Part shown: piece by piece, positions 21,053 through 30,898 of the stretch
How positions within the stretch are numbered: position 1 is the stretch's first letter
Layout of the letters: each line of letters starts with the position of its first letter
NCBI GenBank assembly: GCA_963808625.1
Contig: CAWEHK010000012.1
Coordinates: 1-47,234 of the forward strand
DNA: 47,234 nt
Reading direction: 5' to 3'
Origin: an uncultured delta proteobacterium
GTDB lineage: Bacteria > Desulfobacterota > Syntrophobacteria > Syntrophobacterales > Syntrophobacteraceae
Notes under the pieces: generated by a model
The model's database searches: none
Told to the model about the DNA's origin: nothing
The model's input: the letters and a program-made list of their open reading frames with translations, nothing else
Program-made: the position numbers and the translations under genes

Positions 21053-21976
21053 TTAATCTTTAAGGATATCCTGAGCGCCCGGGCCTTCTGCAACGCAAAC
21101 GCAGTTTCTTCCCTCGCGCTTGGCCATGTACAGAGCCTCATCCGCCCGTGCGATAAGGGCATTCAGAGGTTCTTCGTAGTCCTGGCAAAAAGAAGCTGCA
21201 CCGAAGCTGGCGGTGAACCGGATGCACTGAGACGGATCAGCGGTGGGGACCCTGAGGTCTTCCACATTCCTGCGCATGCGTTCGGCAACCAAAGCAACGT
21301 CTGAATAATCAAGTCCAGGCAAGCATACTGCAAATTCCTCCCCGCCGTATCTGCCTGCGAAGTCATCTTGTCTCAGTAGTGCGGATAGTTGTTCGGCGAA
21401 TTGCTGAAGCACGAGGTCACCCATCTGATGTCCATACCGGTCGTTAACGTCCTTAAAATGATCGAGGTCGGCAAGCACGAAAGAAAGCGGCCTGCACTCC
21501 CGAACCGCCCGTTCCACTTCGACCTGCAACTTCTCCAAAAAGGCCCGCCGATTCAAAACACCGGTCAAGGAATCCGTGTCTGCGAGCTGGAGAATCCGTC
21601 GTTCAAGGCTAATGATCCGTTCTCCAATCTTAATGCGGATCCTCAGTTCTTCATGGTCAAAAGGTTTGATCAGATAATCATCAGCCCCCGCTTCCAAACC
21701 CTTGATGAGGTCCTCTTTTCTTCCTTTGGACGTGAGAAGGATAAGATAGGTATAGCCTCGTCTTTCACTTTCGCGAATTCGCTTACATAGTTCCAGCCCA
21801 TCCATATGCGGCATCATCCAATCAGAGATGACCAGATTGGGCGCCTCAGGACCCTTAAGAAGTTCCCAGGCTTCCCTGCCATCAGAGGCAGCGACAACTT
21901 CGTAGTTCCACTTGCGCAGGCTGACTTCCAGTAGCCGCCTCGATATGGGTTCGTCTTCAACAATCAGAATCTTCAC
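21053..21976 (-). CDS. Response-regulator diguanylate cyclase (REC-GGDEF)
   Basis: KILIVEDE, ISDWMMP, ADDYLIKPF; TDSLTG, DLDHFK.VND.YGH, RQDD I-site then RYGGEEF. GTG start at 21976. Confidence 0.93.
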   Translation of the reverse strand: MKILIVEDEPISRRLLEVSLRKWNYEVVAASDGREAWELLKGPEAPNLVISDWMMPHMDGLELCKRIRESERRGYTYLILLTSKGRKEDLIKGLEAGADDYLIKPFDHEELRIRIKIGERIISLERRILQLADTDSLTGVLNRRAFLEKLQVEVERAVRECRPLSFVLADLDHFKDVNDRYGHQMGDLVLQQFAEQLSALLRQDDFAGRYGGEEFAVCLPGLDYSDVALVAERMRRNVEDLRVPTADPSQCIRFTASFGAASFCQDYEEPLNALIARADEALYMAKREGRNCVCVAEGPGAQDILKD

Positions 21977-22403
21977 TCTGCAGCTCCGACAGCGCTTGTT
22001 GTACAGCGCTCCCCAAATACTCAACCGCTCTTTGCAGCTCCAGGAATGCTTCTGAAGCTCCCCCTGATAGCCCTTCCCGCGCAAGTTGCTCCAATCGGTC
22101 GGCCGCTGCAACTGCTCTTTTCGCCCCAAGGTTGCCCACGGCGTCCTTCAGGCTGTGCGCAGATCGCTCCACACTGCGGGCATCGTTATGCGATATCGCC
22201 TCCCGAACCCGGGCCAGGTGCTCAGGCAGACTTTTCAAAAGAAGTTCGGCGAGTTCTTTAAAAAGCTTTTGATCGCCCCCAAGCCTTTCCAGTACCTTTG
22301 GCAAATCAAGCTCATCTGCTGTTGCCTCAGGATGTTCTGTCTTTGTCGGTGGCACTGACCCACCCCGGAGCGACCCGGGGTTGCCAGCATATTCTTCCAG
22401 CAT
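21957..22403 (-). CDS. Hpt (histidine phosphotransfer) domain protein
   Basis: LERLGGDQKLFKEL...AHSLKDAVGNLGA...LE; overlaps the cyclase start. Confidence 0.8.
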   Translation of the reverse strand: MLEEYAGNPGSLRGGSVPPTKTEHPEATADELDLPKVLERLGGDQKLFKELAELLLKSLPEHLARVREAISHNDARSVERSAHSLKDAVGNLGAKRAVAAADRLEQLAREGLSGGASEAFLELQRAVEYLGSAVQQALSELQSEDSDC

Positions 22404-22843
22404 CGCGCAGAGCTCTTTGTGGTATCAGGTGATAAGAAATTGCTTTTTGAGGCTTTTTGGATAGCACCTGTCGTGGATGGCGTCAAGAGGATGGGGATTT
22501 CGGTGCCGATTTCTTGGTAAGTGATGACAAAAAACATCAGGATGTGTCACGGTGTCGAGGGAATGATGGGGAGTTCGGCCCAAATTGGTCTTCAAACAGG
22601 GTGTCTTGCTTGCGGGGGTTTGGAAAGAGGGTGTTCGCCCGGACCCTGGATCGAAGTCCGGGACAGTCTTGAGGGCAAACTGCTCCGATGCGGGTTACTA
22701 CAAACCGATCGGCCTCATCACTGTCCAGGGCCAACCCGGAGCCTAGACCCCCGTACACGGCAGTTTCATCGGTGACTTCTTCTTCTCTTCTTTGTCTTGT
22801 GAGGATCTTTTCTTTGAAACTTGCACTTCCTTCTGCACATTCC

Positions 22844-23251
22844 TCACATGGACTCGAGAAAAGGCAGTGCTGTAACGTATCCGATGGCGCTCAGCGCTCC
22901 GGTTATCCCCTGTCCGGTAGCAACGCCGATCTGCTTGAACGCAGGGAATATTCTTTCCAGATTTTCAAAGAATGCCAGCATCCCTTGCTGGAGCGCTTCA
23001 CCCGATATGGCCGGAATAAAGGGCCAATTGGTGCTCTCGGGAATATTGTTGATCTGACCTCCAGTTTCAGGACCACCGGCTATCACTTTGAGGTGCGCTT
23101 CGAGCAAATAGACGAGTGCGGAAAGGCCCGCCGGCCCCAGTCCGGCGACCGTCACATCATACATTTTTCTCGTTTTGGCAGCTTTTATAATGAGCAGTTC
23201 CCCGATGATTTTTTCAACCGTCGCGAGAGCCACGGCGTCGAGGTGCGGCAC
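22844..23251 (-). pseudogene. Internally deleted TrxB/AhpF-like FAD oxidoreductase relic
   Basis: YDVTVAGLGPAGLSA..Y...GGQI....NWP....SG (N-terminal FAD part) is fused almost directly to FKQIGVATGQGITGALSAIGYV (C-terminal helix); CxxC and NAD(P)H domains absent. Confidence 0.6.
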
Positions 23252-23312
23252 GATACGTAGAAATTAATCGTCAATTCCCGGTTGCTGACCCGATGGTCGC
23301 ATACAAAAGCCT

Positions 23313-23375
23313 CACCGCAGAGACGCAGAGAGCGCGGAGAAAACCAATAGACCCTCTCTGCGCCGCTCTGCGGTG
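23313..23375. repeat. Palindromic ccgcagag-type interspersed repeat
   Basis: caccgcagagacgcagagagcgcggag ... ctctgcgccgctctgcggtg; same family as 7063-7144. Confidence 0.7.
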
Positions 23376-23432
23376 GATTTTTCATTCGTTGTGGCTAAGG
23401 CCACGCTTTTGCGCAATAAGAAAACAACGCTT

Positions 23433-24405
23433 TTACGGCAAGAAACAGGCTTGCCGGGATATCGGTGTCCCGGAATGTTGTTCCAGTTCCGCCAGAGCAT
23501 TGCAGATGGCTTCCTTCATGGAAAGGAGCCGGATGGGCACGAGCTCCAATATCCGGTTATCTCTACAGATCACCTCATTCTTCAGCCCCTCGACCAAAGG
23601 CATGACAATTCCCGCAGGAACCGGGGTTACCAGATTGATCCAGTAGGAGGAAAGCACCGGGCTAAGAAAGGGCACGGCAATCATCAACCGTCGTAAACCG
23701 CGCATCTCAGCATAAATGCGCATCAATTCCCGGTAGGTGATGATGTCGGGTCCTCCGATATCGAGCGTCAGCCCGGCGGTGGCGGGCTGGGAGATGCACC
23801 CCATGAGGTAGGCGATCACATTTTCGACCGCGATGGGCTGACAGCGGGTATCGATCCACTTTGGACAAATCATCACCGGGAGACGTTCGGCAAGGTGGCG
23901 CAGCATCTCGAAAGGCGCGCCCCCAGCCCCGATGATATTTGCGGCCCTGAGGACCGTCGTTTTCACCCGCCCCGACTGGAGGATTTGCCCCACCCTCTGC
24001 CGGCTTACGAGATGCGCAGAGAGGTTATCAGCCATTTCTCCAAGCCCGCCCAGATAGATGATGCGCTCTAACCCCGACTGCGTCGGCCGCCTTCACAAAG
24101 TTTTCGGCGGCCTGAAGGTCACGGTCGATGTAGGTTTTGTACTGGAAAATACTGCGGCCCCCCATGGAGTGCACGAGGTAATATGCGACCTCCATGCCCG
24201 CCATGGCTCGCTCAAGACCTTCCCGATCAAGCAGGTCCCCCTGCACGACTTCAACTCCGGGGCGGTCGGCCAAAGCTTTCGGGAATCGATCTCGCGAGCG
24301 GGCAAGGCACCGTGTCGGGACACCCTCCTGGCTCAAGGCACGCAGCAGTCGCCCGCCCACAAACCCCGTTGCCCCGGTCAGAAATACCTGCGGTTTCATT
24401 CCCAT
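23433..24405 (-). CDS. NAD(P)H-binding atypical SDR/NmrA (YbjT-like) protein; frameshift near 24065
   Basis: VFLTGATGFVG, VAYYLVHSM, IIYLGGLG, LSAHLVSR, LRAANIIGAG, PKWIDTRCQPIA. Confidence 0.88.
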
Positions 24406-24465
24406 GGTTCTACGTCCTCTCACATCCGGTTCCGGATTATGGACACCTTCAAAAGAAGGTCCACG

Positions 24466-24514
24466 AAGGCACACGAAGACTTCTTAAGGCACACGAAGAT
24501 TTCTTAAGACACAC
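24466..24514. repeat. 20-bp tandem repeat (~2.5 copies, aaggcacacgaagaYttctt)
   Basis: Read directly; contains the cacgaa core also seen at 34727-34762 and 39551-39627. Confidence 0.7.
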
Positions 24515-24553
24515 TATGACCAGTGTTGCCTGACGAAGTTTGCTTATCACCAT

Positions 24554-25021
24554 TTACGTGATGACGGCTTTCAGCGCATCAAGAACCTGTTGGGCATGCC
24601 CCTTGGACTTGGCGCTCGGCCAGGTGAGCCGGACAAAACCTTTCGGATCAATCAGAACACTGCTGCGAATGACGCCGGCGTATTCCTTGCCGTACATTTT
24701 CTTGGTCCCCCAGGCCCCGTAAGCGTCAAGCACCTTGTGTTCCGGATCGCTCAGCAGTTTTACCGCAAGCTCGTGCTTGTCCTGGAACTTCTTGTGGGAC
24801 GCCGCCGAATCCGGGCTAACTCCAATCACCATGGCGCGAAGTGCCTCAAATTCAGCCAAACGCTCTGAAAACTCCAGAGCCTCGCTCGTTCACCCGCTGG
24901 TGTTGTCTTTGGAGTAAAAGTAGAGCACCACCCATTTGCCTTTGAGGTCCTTCAGGCACACTTCGTCACCGTCTCCTGAAGGCAAACAAAATTCCGGCGC
25001 TTTCTTGCCTTGATCAATCAT
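24554..25021 (-). CDS. bcp: Selenocysteine-containing BCP/PrxQ peroxiredoxin (Sec44, TGA at 24890-24892)
   Basis: ATG at 25021 with aaggaggg RBS reads MIDQGKKAPEFCLPSGDG...WVVLYFYSKDNTSG-TGA-TSEALEF in frame into ORF 24554-24859 (GVSPDS, VIRSSVLID); the TGA is at the peroxidatic Cys position. Confidence 0.9.
24862..24880 (-). promoter_or_regulatory. Bacterial SECIS-like hairpin
   Basis: mRNA UGA-ACGAGCGAG-GCUCUGGA-GUU-UUCAGAGC: 8-bp stem, G-containing apical loop about 17 nt after UGA. Confidence 0.7.
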
Positions 25022-25141
25022 GGTCCCTCCTTAACGTCGATTTGAAATTTCGGATGTGTTGGTCCGGGAGAAAAACACCCGGCCACCTTCAGTCATTCCG
25101 CGAGGCACGTCCGGGATAAAATCAAAGACCTAAACCCCTGC

Positions 25142-26089
25142 CTAGACATGATTCCTGAGCTGCAGTTCAAGGGGATGGGGATTCAGGTAGAACTGGATCA
25201 TGAGATAAGACTGTTCGTATTTCCGCACATAGTGATTGATCAGCGTGATCGGCACAATGAGGGGAAAATGGCCCTGGTAATAGTGGTCGAGGACTTCCAG
25301 CAATTCCTGTTTTTCATCCGGAGACAACTGCCTCTTGAAGTATCCCATCAGGTGCTGCAGGACATTGGTATTCTTCTTCACGGTGGCCCTGAGTTTCAGC
25401 GCCTCCATCAATAAGGCTTCGTACTGCCGGTAAAGGTCCTCTGCCGGGATGGTTTTCGCGGTCGCCACCAGCTTTCCGAGATGGTTGGCATGCTTCGGGC
25501 TGTGAGCCATGACCAGCAGTTTGTGACGGGTATGGAACTCCACCAGAGTGCCGATTTCCCTGCCCTGCCCCACCATTTCCCGCCATCGTTTGAAGACGAA
25601 GATCCTTTCTATAAAGCTTTCTCGCAGTGCCGGATCGTGCAATCGGCCTTCTTCCTCAACGGGAATCAAGGGGAAATGTTTCATGAAAATACCGGCAAAG
25701 ACCCCTATGCCAATCTTCCTCGGCATGCCGTTCGCGTCGAAAATCTTCACCCGCTCCATGCCGCTGCTGGGTGAATTGCTCTTAAAAATGAACCCGCAAA
25801 GATCCTCCCGTTCCAGTTCAGTGACCCGGTTATGGGCCCACGCCAGCATCCGGTCGGTCAAATCCCGTTTGGTACGGGACGTCACCAGCCGGGGCGCCTG
25901 AGGGTCTCCCTCCAGGTGCATGGACTCTCGTGGAATCCCCAGGCCACACTCCGCCTCAGGGCAAACCGGCACGTACTCCACATATTGTCCAAGCGTATCG
26001 CGCACAAACCGATCCAACTTATGCCCCCCGTCATACCTCACCGGTTCTCCCAGAAGGCAGGTGCTGATGCCGATTCTGACTTTTTCCAC
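25142..26089 (-). CDS. DUF523/DUF1722 (YbbK-YbgA, 2-thiouracil desulfurase-like) protein
   Basis: IGISTCLLGEPVRYDGGH, PVCPE.ECGLGIPRE, FKSNSPSSG, EEEGRL.D..LRE, NVLQHLMGYFK, YLNPHP.EL.LRNHV. Confidence 0.9.
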   Translation of the reverse strand: MEKVRIGISTCLLGEPVRYDGGHKLDRFVRDTLGQYVEYVPVCPEAECGLGIPRESMHLEGDPQAPRLVTSRTKRDLTDRMLAWAHNRVTELEREDLCGFIFKSNSPSSGMERVKIFDANGMPRKIGIGVFAGIFMKHFPLIPVEEEGRLHDPALRESFIERIFVFKRWREMVGQGREIGTLVEFHTRHKLLVMAHSPKHANHLGKLVATAKTIPAEDLYRQYEALLMEALKLRATVKKNTNVLQHLMGYFKRQLSPDEKQELLEVLDHYYQGHFPLIVPITLINHYVRKYEQSYLMIQFYLNPHPLELQLRNHV

Positions 26090-26126
26090 TAGCAGATCCT
26101 AAGGTGTTTTGTTCTTGGAGAGTCCC

Positions 26127-26804
26127 TTATGCGTTCGAATGAGGTCGGCAATCCAGGCCGGCGTACAGTTGGCGCAAGGAATTCACAATGATGTGGGCCT
26201 GATAAAGCCTCTCCGGAGGGGCGGTTCCGGTAAGGGCAATCGCCGTCATACCCGCCGTCAGCGCAGCCTCGATACCCGCCGGCGCATCTTCGATTACCGC
26301 GCATGCCTCCGGGTCAAAACCGAGACGCTGAGCAGCCATCAAAAACACCTGGGGATCGGGTTTCCCGCGCGTGACTTCAAGACCATTGACGACAGCGCTG
26401 AAGGAGTCCTTCCGTCCCAGCCCCCGCAAACAGGTTTCGACATTCTCGGGAGGTCCCGAAGACCCGACGGCCAGCAGAAAACCAGCCTGGCGAAGGGCGT
26501 CGATAAGTTCGACGGCGCCATCCATGCCCGGAAAGTTTTCCTCCAGGCTTGCCCGGTACAGAGCTTCTTTCCGCTCATCCATTTGCCTGATTCGCTCTTC
26601 GGAAAGATCCGGTCCCCAGAGGGTCTGGATGATATCCCTGCTGGTGCGTCCGAAGAGTGAGGCGAACTCGGCTTCCGTTTGCGTGCGGCCAAACTCTTTC
26701 CCCAGGAGAAGCCAGCTTTCGAAATGGGCCCGGTAGGAATCCACCAGGACGCCATCCATATCAAAAATCACCGCCATGCGGCATCGTTGCGAGATACCAG
26801 ACAT
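26127..26804 (-). CDS. HAD family phosphatase (beta-phosphoglucomutase-like)
   Basis: VIFDMDGVLVDS, GSSG, GKPDPQVF, VIEDAPAGIEAA. Confidence 0.92.
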   Translation of the reverse strand: MSGISQRCRMAVIFDMDGVLVDSYRAHFESWLLLGKEFGRTQTEAEFASLFGRTSRDIIQTLWGPDLSEERIRQMDERKEALYRASLEENFPGMDGAVELIDALRQAGFLLAVGSSGPPENVETCLRGLGRKDSFSAVVNGLEVTRGKPDPQVFLMAAQRLGFDPEACAVIEDAPAGIEAALTAGMTAIALTGTAPPERLYQAHIIVNSLRQLYAGLDCRPHSNA

Positions 26805-26814
26805 TATCAAGACC

Positions 26815-28146
26815 TTAGAACATGGGAAGATAACGTTCCAATTCATACCGGCTCACCTGGATGCGGTACATCTCCCATTCGATTTTCTTATTTTCGATGA
26901 ACTTGTGAAAGATGTGCTCACCAATGGTTTCCCGCACCAAGTCACTCTTTTCGCACTCGAGAATGGCCTGATAAAGACTGCCCGGAAGGGAATGAATCCC
27001 TCTGGCCAATCGCTCGGCTTCGGTCATGCTGTAGATGTCCTCTTCAATCGGCTGCGGCAATTCGAGCTCGTTCTCGATCCCGTCGAGCCCTGCCGCCAGC
27101 ATAACGGCAAAAGCCAGGTACGGATTGCACGCCGGATCAGGAGCACGAAACTCGATGCGCGTGGCCTTTTCCTTGCCCGGCTTGTACATCGGGACCCGCA
27201 CCATGGTGGAGCGATTCCGATGCGCCCAGGAGATATAGACCGGGGCCTCATAACCGGGAACCAGGCGTTTGTAGGAGTTGACCCACTGGTTGGTGATGGC
27301 CACAATGTCGCAGGCATGGTGGAGCAATCCCGCAATGTAGCATTTGGCGACCTTCGAAAGGTGGAACGGGTCCCGGGGGTCAAAAAACTCGTTCTTGTCA
27401 CCGCGAAAAAGGGATTGATGGACATGCATGCCGCTGCCGTTCTGCCCGAACAGGGGCTTGGGCATGAAGGTGGCATAGACCCCGTTTTGCCTGGCGACTT
27501 CCTTCACCGCAATCCGATAGGTTTGGGTAATATCGGCCATGCGGAGCGCCTCATCATAGCGCAGGTCGATTTCGTGCTGACTCGGGGCCACCTCATGGTG
27601 ACTGTACTCAACGTGGATCCCCATCTCCTGCAACGCAAAGATCGTGTTGCGTCGCAAATCACTGCCCCGGTCCAGGGGACTGAGGTCGAAGTAGCCGCCC
27701 TGATCGAGGACCTCGGGCGCAGCATCCGACTTAAAGTAAAAGTACTCCAGTTCGGGGCCGACATAGAATGTGTATCCCTTTTCGGCGACCTTGTTGAGCA
27801 TGCGCTTCAGCGCATAGCGTGGGTCGCCTTCATAGGGCGTTCCATCGGGGTTCAGGATATCGCAGAGCATCCTTCCCACCGGCTTTTCCCGGGGCCTCCA
27901 GGGGAGCAACTGGAAGGTCGTGGGATCGGGCCGAGCCACCATATCGCTCTCTTCAATGCGCGCAAACCCCTCGATGGACGAACCGTCAAATCCCATCCCT
28001 TCAGCGAACGCCAGCGGGAGCTCATCGATCGTTACCGTAAAACTCTTTAACTGCCCCAAAACATCGGTGAACCAGAACTGAATCGAGGCAACGTCGCATT
28101 CTTTCGCGGCTTTGAGGACATCTTCATGTGATTTGCAGCAAAACAT
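26815..28146 (-). CDS. glnA: Glutamine synthetase type I
   Basis: FDGSSIEGFARIEESDM, HHEVAPSQHEI, TFMPKP...NGSGMHVHQS, NSYKRLVPGYEAP, RIEFRAPDPACNPYL. Confidence 0.97.
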   Translation of the reverse strand: MFCCKSHEDVLKAAKECDVASIQFWFTDVLGQLKSFTVTIDELPLAFAEGMGFDGSSIEGFARIEESDMVARPDPTTFQLLPWRPREKPVGRMLCDILNPDGTPYEGDPRYALKRMLNKVAEKGYTFYVGPELEYFYFKSDAAPEVLDQGGYFDLSPLDRGSDLRRNTIFALQEMGIHVEYSHHEVAPSQHEIDLRYDEALRMADITQTYRIAVKEVARQNGVYATFMPKPLFGQNGSGMHVHQSLFRGDKNEFFDPRDPFHLSKVAKCYIAGLLHHACDIVAITNQWVNSYKRLVPGYEAPVYISWAHRNRSTMVRVPMYKPGKEKATRIEFRAPDPACNPYLAFAVMLAAGLDGIENELELPQPIEEDIYSMTEAERLARGIHSLPGSLYQAILECEKSDLVRETIGEHIFHKFIENKKIEWEMYRIQVSRYELERYLPMF

Positions 28147-28837
28147 CGGAATCCCCCATCAAGTTGGTAGCATGCCAAAGAACTCTGACCGCCTGGAAAG
28201 GAAACGGGAACTCATTCCCGGGCCCCCTCCGGGCGAGTTTCTGAAGGGCCAGGGCAATTTCACGACTCAAATTTCCCAGGGCCCGGCTCTGCGCTGACAC
28301 AAAGGCCCCAAAAGAGGACTCACTAACGGGTTCCATGAAAGTTGACCTCTTCAGGATAAGGACCTTCTTGTCCTTTCTCCCCAGGACAGACCATTGCGCC
28401 TCCAACAAAGCCCGGTTTCCCAAGATGCCGTCAAAGCGATAGACATCGACGACAACCTGGTAGCTTACATCCATTGAACCTGGCCATGGGTAGGGAACCA
28501 CGCTGTCATTCGGGAGCAGGAACATAAGGTTTTCCGCCAGGGTGCGAGAAACGTTACTGGACAGGGGTCCCGCCCAACGGTCAAATTCCGCCAGTTGAAA
28601 GGTGTTCTCGCTCGTACGCGTAACAATTTGTGACCGATCAAGATAATCCGGGAGCGTCACCGGGCCAAGCCCTATGGAAATGGGGCGGTCGAGTGCCGCC
28701 GTTGCCGGCAGTGCGGGGCCACCGGAGAGTGACTCCAACAGGTAAAACTTTGAGGGCGGAGTGCCGGCACAACCGCCCAGGGTCAAGAGCAAAGTACAAA
28801 ACACCATCATGGATGGCCTGAAAACTTGGCTCTTCAT
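28124..28837 (-). CDS. PqiC/ABC_trans_aux family lipoprotein
   Basis: Lipobox LGGC, FYLL, IGLGPVTLPDYLDRSQIV, EFDRWAGPL; true C-terminus may be earlier than the ORF end. Confidence 0.88.
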   Translation of the reverse strand: MKSQVFRPSMMVFCTLLLTLGGCAGTPPSKFYLLESLSGGPALPATAALDRPISIGLGPVTLPDYLDRSQIVTRTSENTFQLAEFDRWAGPLSSNVSRTLAENLMFLLPNDSVVPYPWPGSMDVSYQVVVDVYRFDGILGNRALLEAQWSVLGRKDKKVLILKRSTFMEPVSESSFGAFVSAQSRALGNLSREIALALQKLARRGPGNEFPFPFQAVRVLWHATNLMGDSDVLLQIT

Positions 28838-28841
28838 CTTT

Positions 28842-29918
28842 TTATCTTCCCCTATCTCCACCTTTTCCGCGCAGGAGCGCGTCCGGGTGTCTATCCAGGT
28901 AGTCGGCCAGGGCCCGCACGGAGCGAGCCGTCGTCGTCAGTTCTTTCAGCGCATTGGAGAGCTCAAAGCGAAGCCTTGAATCTTCGCCCACTGCCCCTTC
29001 GATGCCGCCGAACGCAGCCTCAGCCTTCTTGAATGCAAGCTGCGCCGCAGCCAGCGTCTTCTCCATGCTGGTTGCAAGCCCGGTGAGGCGACTATTCATG
29101 GTGCCAACCAGCTCCTTGGTCCCCTTGGTAATCTCCTTCGCGTCTGCTGCCAGTGGTTTCACCTGGGCACGAAGGTCGCGCACCAAACCCTGGGTCTCGG
29201 CAAGGGTCCTTCCGATCTCCGCGAGCAGCGGTTTCGCCTGGTCGCTAATATTTTGGGTGGCGGATTCAACGTGTTTCATGGTCTGACTCAGCGAGGCCAC
29301 GGCTTCCTTAAGCTGCGGCGAATTGATCAAGTTCTCAATTCCTTCCAGAGCATGCCCCACGCGCGTGGCGATTTCATCAATAGGCAGTTTCTCGACGGTT
29401 TTAGAAATCTGTTCAAGGCTTGAGGAGACTGTTGGAATTTCGACATAACCCGCATCGTAACCGACGTAGCGAGCGGGCTTATCGGGATAGAAATCGAAGT
29501 TCACAAAGAGTTGACCGGTGACCAGGCTCTGGAAGTCAAGAGTGGCACGCAAGCCCTTTTTCACAAGGAAGTCCAGGATATCATGTCCCTTCGCCTCTTC
29601 AAGCACTTTATCCAGGGGGACCCCGTGCATCGGCGTCATCCGGCCCGGTTCGATCTCTATAAAAACCGGTATCCGCAGGGCCATGTCGCGCGTGTCAAAG
29701 AGGATTTTGATATCGGTGACGGAGCCAACCCTGACCCCTTTGAAGGCTACCGCAGCACCCTTATTTAGACCTTGGACCGAGCCCTCAAAGAACAGTACAA
29801 ACTTCTTTGTATCTTTGAAGAACCTGCCGCCACCGAAAATGAGGAGTCCGGCAACCACGAGAACAAAAGCCCCGACAACAAAAGCCCCAATGACCGTGGT
29901 ACTCGCTTTCTTGCTCAT
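28842..29918 (-). CDS. MlaD/MCE family protein
   Basis: IGAFVVGA TM, FEGSVQGL..GA.V.FKGV.VG.V, SLVTG, long helical tail ending YLDRHPDALLRGK. Confidence 0.9.
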   Translation of the reverse strand: MSKKASTTVIGAFVVGAFVLVVAGLLIFGGGRFFKDTKKFVLFFEGSVQGLNKGAAVAFKGVRVGSVTDIKILFDTRDMALRIPVFIEIEPGRMTPMHGVPLDKVLEEAKGHDILDFLVKKGLRATLDFQSLVTGQLFVNFDFYPDKPARYVGYDAGYVEIPTVSSSLEQISKTVEKLPIDEIATRVGHALEGIENLINSPQLKEAVASLSQTMKHVESATQNISDQAKPLLAEIGRTLAETQGLVRDLRAQVKPLAADAKEITKGTKELVGTMNSRLTGLATSMEKTLAAAQLAFKKAEAAFGGIEGAVGEDSRLRFELSNALKELTTTARSVRALADYLDRHPDALLRGKGGDRGR

Positions 29919-29962
29919 AATAATCCAGTGCTTAGGCACATTGCGTGCTCCTGAAGATCGCC

Positions 29963-30098
29963 AGCAGGCTGTGAAAAAGTGCCGCAAAGGCCCTGTCCGT
30001 CATTCCCGCCGTTGACCGGAATCCAGCCTCTGCAAGGCTTTCTGGACCCCGGCTTTTGCCGGGGTGACATTGGGCGAGGGTTTTGCAACACCCTGCTA
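29963..30098. mobile_element. MITE-like element with imperfect terminal inverted repeats and an internal gtcattcccg hairpin pair
   Basis: Left end agcaggctgtgaaaaa, right end ttttgcaacaccctgct; internal gtcattcccg..cggaatccag..ctggaccccggcttttgccggggtgac. Confidence 0.55.
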
Positions 30099-30893
30099 AC
30101 CAACAACACACGTCCCGGCGCTTGCCGACTCTTTGGCCGCCCCCGCTTCACCCCGGGTCAGGAAGTCTTGAACGATCGGGTTCTCACATTCTGTCAACAG
30201 CTTGTGAGGATCACCGGAAGCAATCATGGTGCGCGTTTCCGCATCGAGGAAGACCGAATTGTTCGCAATGGCAAAGATGCTTGCCAGTTCGTGGGTGACC
30301 ACCACAATGGTCGCTCCAAGACTGTCGCGCAATTCCAGGATCAGGTCGTCCAGCCTCCGCGCACTGATCGGATCGAGGCCAGCCGAAGGCTCGTCAAAAA
30401 AAAGAATGTCGGGATCGAGCGCCATGGCACGGGCCAGACCAGCGCGCTTGCGCATCCCGCCGCTGAGCTCCGAAGGGTAGAAATCCCCAAAACCGGCAAG
30501 CCCTACCAGAGCGAGCTTCAGCGACACCAGTTCCTGAATCTGGTCGGCGGTCAGCTTGGTATACTCCGCGAGAGGAAGCCCAATGTTTTCCGCAAGGGTC
30601 AGGGAACTCCACAAAGCACCGCTCTGGTAAAGGATTCCAAAACGCCGCATCATGCGCTCGCGTACCTCGGGCTCGGCCTCCCAGAAGCTTACCCCATCAT
30701 AAAATACCTGTCCTCTTGCAGGCTCCTTCAATCCCACCATCTGGCGCAGCAAGGTGCTCTTCCCGCAGCCACTTCCGCCCATGATAATGAAAATGTCCCC
30801 ACGAGCGATGATGAAATTGAGATCGCGCTGAATCACGAAGCTGCCGTAGGCCATCGTGAGGTCGCGTACTTCAATGTGAGCCTGCGTGCTCAT
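30096..30893 (-). CDS. MlaF-type ABC transporter ATP-binding protein
   Basis: GGSGCGKST, LYQSGALWSSLT, PSELSGGMRKRAGLARA, FFDEPSAGLDP, VVTHEL. Confidence 0.93.
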   Translation of the reverse strand: MSTQAHIEVRDLTMAYGSFVIQRDLNFIIARGDIFIIMGGSGCGKSTLLRQMVGLKEPARGQVFYDGVSFWEAEPEVRERMMRRFGILYQSGALWSSLTLAENIGLPLAEYTKLTADQIQELVSLKLALVGLAGFGDFYPSELSGGMRKRAGLARAMALDPDILFFDEPSAGLDPISARRLDDLILELRDSLGATIVVVTHELASIFAIANNSVFLDAETRTMIASGDPHKLLTECENPIVQDFLTRGEAGAAKESASAGTCVVG

Positions 30894-30898
30894 TACTA

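Noticed and set aside
26776..28050. Long plus-strand ORF (424 aa) and similar antisense ORFs such as 38191-39435, 29979-30902 and 32370-33278
   Set aside because: Shadows of well-supported opposite-strand genes in GC-rich DNA; no recognisable motifs.
28160..28180. Sigma54 promoter upstream of glnA (tggcatgctaccaac on the minus strand)
   Set aside because: The -12 GC dinucleotide is missing.
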